From assembly GCA_963664115.2 (NCBI GenBank), contig CAXWPJ010000009.1, positions 864,001-928,000 on the forward strand: a stretch of DNA of 64,000 nucleotides. The letters run 5' to 3'. The DNA comes from Terriglobia bacterium. GTDB taxonomy: Bacteria > Acidobacteriota > Terriglobia > 20CM-2-55-15. The notes beneath the pieces are model-generated. The model ran no database searches, was not told where the DNA came from, and was given only the letters and a program-made list of their open reading frames with translations. This document shows, piece by piece, positions 39,951 through 49,320 of this stretch. The position numbers and the translations under genes were made by a program. The first letter of the stretch is position 1. Every line of letters starts with the position of its first letter.

Positions 39951-40763
39951 TTGTCTGAAATCAACCAAACATCGGTCAACCGGTATTGGGCGGAAGTGAC
40001 ACCGTCTATCCTCGGGCCGTACATGATGGACGGCTTTGGTTTTCCCCTGAGCGCCGGTAATTTTCGCTTCCGGGCGGAATCCCTAATCGTTCGGAGGCTG
40101 ACCCGAAATTTGGACCGGAATGGGATAGCGCTCGACCTCGGTAGCGGCATCGGTCATTGGGCCGAGTTGTTCGCGCACGATTTCTCCCGAGTGGTCGCCG
40201 TCGAGGGCAGCCACGGACTCTATCAAGCGCTCAAAGAGCGGTGTGCAGGGTACGCCAACATCAGCCCTGTACTGGGCAATGTCCTGTCGTTCGAACTCGG
40301 TGGCAAGTATGATCTGGTCTTTCTGGGTGGCTTACTCATGTACCTCGACGAGAACGACCTGATTGCCCTGTTACAGCGACTGGCACCATGTCTAGGGCCG
40401 AGTGGGGTAATCCTGTGCCGAGAGTCCACTGTCCGGGGCGAGACCGTGACACGCAAGGGTGACTATCCGGTCGTATATCGTTCCGTATCGTCCTACAGAG
40501 ACTTGTTCGGGCGCTGTGGATTTATGGTCCAGCACGTCGAGCGAAACGAGCCGTATGTCCTTTTGCAAATGGCCTGTGAGCTGATCAAGAAATGGAAAGA
40601 GTTTGTGCCGACGCGTTTCCAGGCGCTCGGGATCGCAGGTCCGTTGGCCTATGGTGGAATGCGGCTGGGAAATCCCTGGATCATGCACCTTCTCAGAGCC
40701 CTGGGAATCTCGTTTCCGACACTGGAAAACCATTTCTTCGTGCTGAGAATGGGTGCCCCTTGA
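39951..40763 (+). CDS. Class I SAM methyltransferase
   Basis: LDLGSGIG, YDLVF..LLMYLD, GVILCRES. Confidence 0.85.
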   Translation: MSEINQTSVNRYWAEVTPSILGPYMMDGFGFPLSAGNFRFRAESLIVRRLTRNLDRNGIALDLGSGIGHWAELFAHDFSRVVAVEGSHGLYQALKERCAGYANISPVLGNVLSFELGGKYDLVFLGGLLMYLDENDLIALLQRLAPCLGPSGVILCRESTVRGETVTRKGDYPVVYRSVSSYRDLFGRCGFMVQHVERNEPYVLLQMACELIKKWKEFVPTRFQALGIAGPLAYGGMRLGNPWIMHLLRALGISFPTLENHFFVLRMGAP

Positions 40764-41455
40764 GCCATCCGACAGGACTTGTTCAAGGAAAGTTCCTGTA
40801 TCGAAATCTGGCTAATGCCACATCCATCCTCGGTGTGCTACCCGTGGCGTTGCTGTTCCTGGAAGATGGCTTCCGCTATCTGCTCCCGTTGATCGTCTTC
40901 AACAATATAATGGACGACCTGGATGGTGTCCTGGCCGCGAAGCTCGGCATCAGCAGCCGGTTCGGAGCTACTCTCGATAATCTATGTGATGGGGTTGCCC
41001 ATGTCGTCCTGGCCCTGGCGGTCGGTGCACACTTTGGTGGCATGGTCCTGATACTCAGTACGGTTGCTACGGGATCGATCATCCTCCGCGTGGCATCGCG
41101 GCTGGAGCCTGATCGGGCTGCCGAGGGCGGCTCGCCGACCAACGAACTCATGCGCCACCTGTTGTTCACGCTTCTATTGGCCGAAATACTGGGTTTCGAT
41201 TCCGGGCCTGTACTGATAGTTGTGTTCTTGCTGCATTCGGTATCAATGCTCGTGTCTTACAGAATGTCAGCCCTCATACGAGCGCACGCGAAATCGGTAG
41301 TTACGGTTGGTCTGGTGAATACCGCGCTGGTCGTGGCATGGTTTACGCCGGTTGTTGCTCTACCCGTCGCGGTAGTTTTTGGGTCCACGTATTTATATTC
41401 CTTGATCGCGGGCGGGATTCAGTGCCTCAGGGGCCGGAGCTTGATGTCGACTTGA
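40760..41455 (+). CDS. CDP-alcohol phosphatidyltransferase family protein
   Basis: DDLDGVLAAKLGISSRFGATLDNLCD (DxxDGxxA..GxxLDxxxD); multi-TM; TTG start overlaps the upstream stop. Confidence 0.87.
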   Translation: MSHPTGLVQGKFLYRNLANATSILGVLPVALLFLEDGFRYLLPLIVFNNIMDDLDGVLAAKLGISSRFGATLDNLCDGVAHVVLALAVGAHFGGMVLILSTVATGSIILRVASRLEPDRAAEGGSPTNELMRHLLFTLLLAEILGFDSGPVLIVVFLLHSVSMLVSYRMSALIRAHAKSVVTVGLVNTALVVAWFTPVVALPVAVVFGSTYLYSLIAGGIQCLRGRSLMST

Positions 41456-41502
41456 GAGTCGACTGCCGAACTGATGCGTCATGGTCGCCGGTTAATCAGG
41501 TC

Positions 41503-41523
41503 GGGGGGGGGGGGGGGGGGGGG
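41503..41523 (+). repeat. Poly-G tract (21 nt)
   Basis: Direct count. Confidence 0.9.
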
Positions 41524-41581
41524 ACGGTTTGCAGGTCGTGAAAGAACGCGACCGCAAGATCTGGTGATGAGCCCACTCTAG

Positions 41582-43430
41582 TCCCAAAACAAGCGCATAA
41601 CCAGTCCGCCGAGGCCCAGTTCGCGCCGATAGAATTCGAGGCATAGAATCCCGTTCCCGGATGGCCTGTTCCAGGTATCGAGTTTCTGTTGAATCTGTTT
41701 CAGTTCAGCCTCGCTGGTGTTGGACGGTTGACAGAAACCGGGACCTCGATCGCCCGGGCTCAGAGTCATGATCGGGTCAACATCGCAGAGGCTGACGCAA
41801 CACATCCACCCCGCGGAACAAGACCGGCAACCACCGGTTCCAGGCCAGGATCCGGAACAGAATGCGCCGCCCGGTGCGCACGAGTTGGCACGGCACAAGC
41901 ATGAAAGCGTTCAAGAAGGTTTTGAACTCCATGCGCAGCACGGTTTGCTTCTCAGCCTGATATTTTTGGCCCCAACGTCCGGTTTCGGGAAGCAGCAATG
42001 CAAACCACGCTTTCAGTGTCCAGGCCAGTGACGCGATCACCATGTAGGCCCAGTTGCTGGTCTGATCTCCGACCGGCATCCGCAACGCCTGAACGCCGTT
42101 CTTCAACTGCTCAATGAGATTCTCCTGATTGCACCGTTGATTGGCACGCATCACAATCTGGTCGGCCGGATCCGAACGGTTGGTAATGTAGAAGAAGTAC
42201 CGGATGTCGTCAAACAACACCTGCTCTCCTTTGGCCACCGACAGATTCTTCCGCACCACGACGACACGGTAGTCCCGATCGCAGGCTCCGGGTCGATACC
42301 GAAACTCGGCCACATCCTCACCCTGCAAGCGGATATTGTCGAAACCGCGCTGCCGAACGATCTCTTCCTTCACGTTGTCGGGACGTTGGCGCGGTTCGGT
42401 CGCCACGTCGTATTTCGCGGGCCGTTCCAGGCGCTTCCACTGGCGCGGCTCCAGTTCATCGGCCCGGGCCTTCAGGTTCGCCATCGCGTCAATCCCGAAT
42501 ATGAAACCCACCTGCTGGTCGTCCCATCCGTCCAGATGCCGGGTCTGGCTGAAGTCCGTGTCCCCGCGCAGCAGGATCTGGCGAAACCCCGCATGCCGGC
42601 ACAATGCGATGGCTTGGTCGAACCGGACCGCGGCTCCTTCATGCGACGGCCGGTTGCCGCTACGATTGACCAGATACAGCGGTTCGGCGGTGTTGGCCAG
42701 CGAGATCATCAGCGGGTGATATCCCCACGTCCCGTCGTAGGCCACGTCCATCCCTTGCTTGCATTCCCCCGTGGTTTCGGCCAGTGTCCCGTCCGCGTCC
42801 AACACCGCTTCTTCGAAAAACGCCGCCGGTTGCTGTCGCCAGACTCCGAGCCGGACTTGATTGGTTGCCTCCATCAGACACTCCACGTCGTCGGCCTCGA
42901 ATCTCCGGCAGAAGTCTCCCGCCGTCGTCGGATCCGGAATCCGTTGCGCTCCCAGCGCATCCAGATACACCGCATCGTTGCGCCGCAGTTCGATGTCTTC
43001 CAGGCACGTTCCTCCGCTCAAGGCGTTGTAGGCGATGTTCAGCACGTGATCCGACTCGTGATACGGCAGGTGCCGCTTCAACACATGCACGCCCTTGTCG
43101 ATGGCTTCGATCAGCCCGGTCCGCCGCGCCACCAGTTGCATCGTCCCGATACCACCAACCGATGTGCCCCGCGTCCGCTCTCCCATCTCGTACTGAATGT
43201 TGCTCGCCGAAAACATCGGCTCTACCTGATCCGTCCAATGCCGGTCCCCAAGCCGACGTTCGATTCGCCGCTTGCGGTTCCTCATGTTCTTGCGCGTATA
43301 ATCGTTCATCTGAAATGCCTCCTTTTCCGAAGAATCTGTTCAAGGTTTTTTTCGCACGGAGACGGGGCATTTCGGGTACTTCCGCTCTTATTGCACTATC
43401 ATTTCCTCGTCAATCACGCTTGTTCAGGGT
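41582..43430 (-). mobile_element. IS1380-family copy 2 (inverted relative to copy 1)
   Basis: Identical 510-aa transposase at 41777-43309; CTAG at 41578 and 43431. Confidence 0.9.
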
Positions 43431-43442
43431 CTAGTCTCCCTC

Positions 43443-45069
43443 CCTGAAATCAACATCGTCCTGAACTGGTTTGAAGAACTGAAGGAACGAGTTATTGTCA
43501 AAAGTGGTGTTTAGGAGATTGATTCAAGCGGCGGCCTGATCGACTTGTGTCGCTTCGACACCATCGTTGAATTTCACTCCGATGATTACCTTGCTCAGAT
43601 CATCGAATCCTCGTAATCGTCGCCAATTGTTCTCAGCGCACTGGCCCAGTTTGAACATCATGTGCAGCATGCCATCCCGTGTCAGGCAACCTCTGGATCG
43701 CTTCGTTCGGTGTCGAATGGTGGCAAAGGTCGACTCAATGGGATTCGTCGTTCTGATGCTCTGCCAGTGCTTGGCCGGAAAGTCGTAAAAGGCCAGCAGT
43801 TCCTCTCTGTCTTTCTGCAGGCAGAGTGTGGCTTTCGGATACTTCGGTTCATAGGTTTCAATGAACAAGTCGAATGCCTTCTCGGCGTCTGCCTTCGTCT
43901 CGGCCTGCCAGATCGAGTGCAGGGCCTGTTTCGCCTTCGCCTGGACCGACTTGGGCAGGCAGTTGAGGACGTTCATGACTTTGTGCATCCAGCAACGTTG
44001 TTGACGTGTCTCGGGATAGATTTCCTCCAGTGCGGCCCAGAACCCCATCGCACCGTCACCGATGGCCAACTTCGGAACATTCATCCCACGGGACTTCAGC
44101 TTCAACAAGACCTCGCGCCAACTCTGTGTCGATTCCCGTACACCGTCTTCGATCGCCAGGAAACGCTTCTCTCCGCGTTCATTCACGCCGATCACGACCA
44201 ATGCACACAACTTGGTTTGTTCCGCCCGAAGTCCGCTGTAGATGCCGTCGGCCCAGACATAGACCCAGCGATCTGCATCCAAACGCTCCTCGCATCCGAG
44301 GCGGTACTGTTCGCCCCAAACCTGTTTCAACCGCGATACCGTGCTCGCCGACAGACCCTGCGCCTGGGGACCGACAAGAACTTTTAGGGCCTCACCCATC
44401 TCGCCGCTGGAAACGCCTTTCAAATACAACCACGGCACCGCTGCTTCCAGCGACTTCGTCTTCCGAATGTACGGTGGTACCAGGGCCGATCGGAACGTCA
44501 CAGCTTCGCCCGTCTTGGCACGGACCTTCGGGATTTGGACTGTTACCGGACCCAATCCCGTCTGCAGTTCGCGTTCCGGCAGATAACCGTTGCGTACCAC
44601 CCCGGCGTTTCCTGTCTCAGTTCGCCGGCCACCGTGCTGGGATAGCAGCTCTGCCAATTCGGCTTCCACTGCGCGTTGGATCAGTTGCTGTGCCCCAACT
44701 CGTAGTAGTTCTGTTACTGGATCCTCAATCGTTTCTCGACCTTCCGGTCCATTCACGTTACTCTTGCTCACAGTGGCGTATCTCCTATGGTTGCTTTGAA
44801 GTTTTGTCACAACAAATCAACCAGATACGCCGCTCTTATTCAATCCCTCAAACACCAGATTCGGTTATAACTGAAGGAACGGGTGCCGGTTCCCTGATTT
44901 CCGAGTTCATGTCCTGAGAAACGACATACGGGACTTGAGACTTTTCTTGCGTATAAATTCCACCTGTAGTTATATTTAGACAGAGTTTCACAGCTTCTCA
45001 AACTGCACACAAAGATCATGGAATCCGGCACCAAATTCGGCCATTACGAGATCCTATCCGTCATCGGTC
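43443..45069 (+). repeat. Kinase-end junction J1 (split by IS256)
   Basis: PEINIVLNWFEELKE|RVPVP* (stop 44895-44897), collapsed palindrome 44906-44940, MESGTKFGHYEILSVIG (45018-45068). Confidence 0.88.
43489..44872 (-). mobile_element. IS256-family copy 1
   Basis: Transposase 43524-44810; TIR gagttat; gaaggaac duplicated on both sides. Confidence 0.92.
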
Positions 45070-45171
45070 ACAGTTTTCACCGCGGATTCTCAGAAAGTCT
45101 AGTAAACAGAAACTTCGCGCAGTGCTCAAGACCTCAGACGAGAACGCTGCCCGACAATTAGGAGGCTAACC

Positions 45172-45546
45172 GTGAACAGGTTGTTCATATTGCACGTCGT
45201 AGCGATCGTGTTCACTGCCACATCGCTGTTCGCTCATCACGGGACTGCGATATCGTACGATGAGGAAGCTGCACCCATCAGCGTGAAGGGCACGGTAGCA
45301 GAATTCGCGTTCCGCAATCCCCATGTGACTATTCGTATAGACGCGGTGAACGAGAACGGCGAGGTTGTAAGGTGGAATTTCGAACACAGTCCCCCACGCG
45401 CGCTAGCGCAGGAAGGCTATACTGCAAGGACGCTGCAGCCGGGTCAAGAAGTGACCGTTGTCGCATTTCCTTCTAGGGCGGGCAACCCTGTCGGGCTTGT
45501 CGTACATGTGATTCTAGCCGACGGCAGGGAAATACTCCCCAGATGA
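45172..45546 (+). CDS. DUF6152-like secreted protein
   Basis: Signal peptide + AHHG...GTV.EFAFRNPH...LQPGQEVTV. Confidence 0.75.
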   Translation: MNRLFILHVVAIVFTATSLFAHHGTAISYDEEAAPISVKGTVAEFAFRNPHVTIRIDAVNENGEVVRWNFEHSPPRALAQEGYTARTLQPGQEVTVVAFPSRAGNPVGLVVHVILADGREILPR

Positions 45547-45769
45547 GGGCAGGCGGCATAGACGGAAGCTGTCGACAAGCAATGGCCACCGTGGGTAGCG
45601 GTTAATGGGTCCTGATTCGGCGCTGAAGCTTCGGCTGTGAGGGATCCTGGGCGGCGGCCTGGAAAGCTGACCACCGTTGAATCGTGAAGTCCAACGCGGA
45701 CGCCAGGCCGACGTTCCCTAGCCCCTTTGCTGCAATGTGTGGGCCCTAGCTAAAACTTGAGCAGGAGGT

Positions 45770-46660
45770 TTGAAAGTGCGACGTTTCATGATTCTGATCC
45801 CTATTCTCATGGTGGGGCTTCTGGCTTCTCTGGCAGCCTGCGCCGGCCCGGAAGCCGATGGAAACCAAGCCGATGGGAGCCAATTTGATCCGCGCGATCT
45901 TTCCGGAGTCTGGCAGCTACGTGAGGGCGATCGGGGCCTCAGTCCGACTGTCCCGCCTATGACCGAGGAGGGCGAGGCGAGGCTTTACGCCAATATCCCC
46001 GTACGCGGCCGCGCTCTGTCGCCGCCCGAACCCGGGGGTGTACTGCCCGAACTTGAAGAGGGAGAACACCGTGGCCGGGCTAGAGCCGTCATGCCCGCGT
46101 TCTCGAATGATCCGATGATGCAGTGTAACCCGCAGGGCTTCCCACGGCTCCTTTTCGATCCAGAGCTCGTTGAATTCGTTCATCTTGAAGATAGATTTCT
46201 GCAATTCTTCAACTGGGAAAACCGGCATCGCGAAATCTGGCTGGACGGCCGTGAAGTGCCTTCAGATGAGGACCGCGTTAACCTGGGTCTGGCGTGGTAC
46301 GGCCACTCCGTCGGTGAGTGGCAAGAAGATACATTGCTTGTCCAGACCTTCGGTTTAGACGACAGAGGATGGATCGACGTCTTCGGTTTTCCAAAAAGTG
46401 ACGAAGCACGGTTTGAAGAGCGCTACCGGCGTATAGACGCCGATACGATAGAGCTGCAGACAACAATGTATGACCCGAAGTACTATACGGAACCTTGGGT
46501 GTCGGATACGAAAGTGTTCAGGCGGGAGCCTCCCGAGAGTTATACCTTTTTCGGATGGTCCGGTTTGTTCTCCGGACTCGTGGATGGAATCTGCGCGCCG
46601 CTCGATGAGGTGGACGACTTCAACATCACCGTGCGCGATCCTGCGGGTACGGCGCAATAG
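45770..46660 (+). CDS. Putative lipoprotein (frequent DUF6152 partner)
   Basis: Lipobox LAAC; DLSGVW, C.P.GFPR, WYGHSVGEW..DTL, DPKYYTEPW. Confidence 0.75.
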   Translation: MKVRRFMILIPILMVGLLASLAACAGPEADGNQADGSQFDPRDLSGVWQLREGDRGLSPTVPPMTEEGEARLYANIPVRGRALSPPEPGGVLPELEEGEHRGRARAVMPAFSNDPMMQCNPQGFPRLLFDPELVEFVHLEDRFLQFFNWENRHREIWLDGREVPSDEDRVNLGLAWYGHSVGEWQEDTLLVQTFGLDDRGWIDVFGFPKSDEARFEERYRRIDADTIELQTTMYDPKYYTEPWVSDTKVFRREPPESYTFFGWSGLFSGLVDGICAPLDEVDDFNITVRDPAGTAQ

Positions 46661-46779
46661 GCATCCATAAGTTATCGGCTCACCCGGTTTCTTCTCCCTC
46701 TCCCTAAAGCAATTTTGCCGAAGGGTTCTGATCTTGCAGGGAAGGGTTGATTCTATCCCCCCAACCTCTACCGGGTTCT

Positions 46780-47308
46780 TCGCCTACGACCTGGACGCTG
46801 ACGGCCGCTTCCTGATCAATACATCTGTTAGACGACGAAGAGGCAGCGTCACCATGAATCATGGTCGTGACGAACTGAAACTTAAACCTGGAGCCTTGAT
46901 CGGCCTGCTTCCTCTGCGCTCTAGCGCCGCCCCTCAAATCAACATGGTCCTGAACTGGTTTGAAGACCTGAAAGAACGGGTGCCGGTTCCGTAGTTTTCC
47001 AAACTCAAGCCCTGAGAGATCATCTTCTCGGACATTGAGAATTTCAGCGAACGGATACCCTCCTGTCGCCTGCGGTTCCTCGATTGGCATCGACCGGACT
47101 GTATCTACCATTATTTCAATGGATTACGGTGACCCTCGATGCACTCCAATTCTCACTGTCCGACAGTGTCGTTTCTTAGGACTTGAGAATTCGATAGCAC
47201 CTAACTCACTCCTCTAGTATCTTTTACCGAGTTTATCTCGGTTTTCTCAGCGACACACTTTGAACATGGAATCTGGCACCAAACTCGGTCATTACGAGAT
47301 TCTGTCCA
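46780..47308 (+). repeat. Kinase-end junction J2
   Basis: YDLDADGRFL..., QINMVLNWFEDLKERVPVP* (stop 46994), IR arms 47002-47042 / 47149-47190, MESGTKLGHYEILS (47266). Confidence 0.9.
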
Positions 47309-47473
47309 TACGCGATAACGGCCATGGGTCCAGCGTGGCCGTAAAAGGTTTGACTGAGGATGGGTCTCCCAAAATCGCACAGGGCTTACCTGCCACTATA
47401 CGGATTCCAGGGAGAATGCAATTACGTGGAAGGATTTGGCATTCGTGACGAAAAATGGTGACGGTTCCGCGTC

Positions 47474-48811
47474 ATGAATAAAAGCGTCTTGAACAGGTCG
47501 AGAATTCGCTGGGATTTTATCATTGGCGGCAGCATGTGTCTGGGGTATGCGGCGTTGATGCTCTGCCGGACGACCGTCGGCGTTGCGGGACCGGCGATGC
47601 GTCTTGATACCGACATCGAACTGACGATAACGGCATTCGGTGCGATTCTGGGCTGGGGCATGGCGGGTAACCTTCTGGGCAAACTCACGAATGGAGTCCT
47701 TGCCGATAAATTCGGGGGGCGCAAGATATTTGTTTTGGCTATCTGCGTTGCCGCGACCGCCATCTGCTCGTTTGGGATGGTTTCAGAAAGCAGCAGCTTT
47801 TTTCTGTTTTATTTCCTCACCCTTTTTGCCAAATCTGCTGGTTGGCCGGCCATGGCCAATCTCATCAAGGTGTGGTTCGCGAAGCAGAAGCACGGGCGAA
47901 TGTGGGGAATTATTTCCACGAGTTCCCGCGCGAGCGCCGTGGGAGCTACGCTTCTTCTAAGCAGTCTGTTGCTCATCGTGTCGTGGAGAGGGCTATTTTT
48001 TGTGGCTGCTGCCATCACGGCTATCGTTTTCGCAGTGCTTGCTAAGCTGCTTAAGGGCGCCCCGTCAGAGCTTAGCTTGTCGCTTCCCGATAACCCAGAG
48101 ATCGGGAGTCCAATGTCAGGTCGGACACAGGTTCATCCTTTGGACGAACTGAAAACCTTCGAAGCATTGGCTGTCTTTTTTAGGAGTCCGCGCTTTTGGT
48201 TGATCAGCATCAGTCTGATGGGCTTGGCGGTTTTGTTTGAATTTCAAGTCTTTCTTCCCATTTATCTCAGTGAGTCCTTCGGTTTATCGCCCGCTCAGGC
48301 CGGCACGGCATCGTCCATTTTCCCACTAGGTTGTCTGATCGGAGTTTTCGCTGGAGGATTTGTCTATGACAAGCTCTCGAAAAAGGCGTTGACTGCTATT
48401 TTGGGCGGCATGTCGGGTTTGGGCTTGCTGTGTCTTACGCTGCTATTGATGCTTTCCAATTTGGACTTGGATCCGCGATTGGAACTTATGCTAACCATTG
48501 GCACGATTTTCGTATTCGGCTGTGCAATCTCACCGGCCTATTATTTGCCAATGAGCGTGTTTTCAATAAACTTTGGCGGCAGGCATTGCGGCCTTTTAAT
48601 CGGACTCATCGATGCAATCGGATATACCGGCGCGATGGTATTTGATTTTGTGGGAGGTTCGGTCGCTGACCAGCAGGGGGGATGGCAGAGTTTCCTGACT
48701 ATTCTCGTCCTTGTCTCCTTGACGGTGACGGTTACCATGACGCTATTTTTGTATCTGGATTTTCGCCATTCGTTACCACTACGGAAATATAATTTGGAAT
48801 TCCAAGTATGA
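47474..48811 (+). CDS. MFS transporter, GlpT/UhpC (OPA)-like
   Basis: About 12 TMs; GVLADKFGGRK, GWPA...WF...GRMWG. Confidence 0.85.
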   Translation: MNKSVLNRSRIRWDFIIGGSMCLGYAALMLCRTTVGVAGPAMRLDTDIELTITAFGAILGWGMAGNLLGKLTNGVLADKFGGRKIFVLAICVAATAICSFGMVSESSSFFLFYFLTLFAKSAGWPAMANLIKVWFAKQKHGRMWGIISTSSRASAVGATLLLSSLLLIVSWRGLFFVAAAITAIVFAVLAKLLKGAPSELSLSLPDNPEIGSPMSGRTQVHPLDELKTFEALAVFFRSPRFWLISISLMGLAVLFEFQVFLPIYLSESFGLSPAQAGTASSIFPLGCLIGVFAGGFVYDKLSKKALTAILGGMSGLGLLCLTLLLMLSNLDLDPRLELMLTIGTIFVFGCAISPAYYLPMSVFSINFGGRHCGLLIGLIDAIGYTGAMVFDFVGGSVADQQGGWQSFLTILVLVSLTVTVTMTLFLYLDFRHSLPLRKYNLEFQV

Positions 48812-48825
48812 GCACTCGAAAAAGT

Positions 48826-49069
48826 ACTGAAGGAACGCGGGTACCGTGAAGCAGGCCGTTCGTCCCTGCCTACCGCTGAAATCCATTCTCAAGTCCTGAC
48901 AAATCATCTTGTCGGACATTGAGAAATGGTCGATTTACTGGGGTTTCTCACTGTCCGACAAGGTCGTTTCTCAGGACCAGAGAGTTTTCTCGCGTATAAA
49001 TCCCATCTGTAGTTAGATTTACGCAACTTTTCGCGGTTCGGTCAGCGACACACTAGAACGATGGAATCC
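48826..49069 (+). repeat. Kinase-end junction J3
   Basis: ctgaaggaacg remnant, IR arms 48886-48926 / 48944-48984, gcgtataaat..ctgtagttagattt tract, atggaatcc at 49061. Confidence 0.85.
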
Positions 49070-49320
49070 AACGCGCGCTTGCGCGAGCACATGCGCGCGC
49101 AGGGCCTGCCGGTGCCGTCCGTGGAGTGGGACGGCCCCGCGGAGACAAGCTCACAGTAGACTCTGCCCATGGCCAGCATAATCAATTGTTTTAATTTTTT
49201 TCCGCCCAACACAAGTTACTCTTCGATCCTATCTTTGGGATACAGTACGTACAACGTCGCGGAGCAACTCCCGCCACAGTTCTCGGATTGATTATTGAAC
49301 AAGCGATTGAGGAACCCAAA

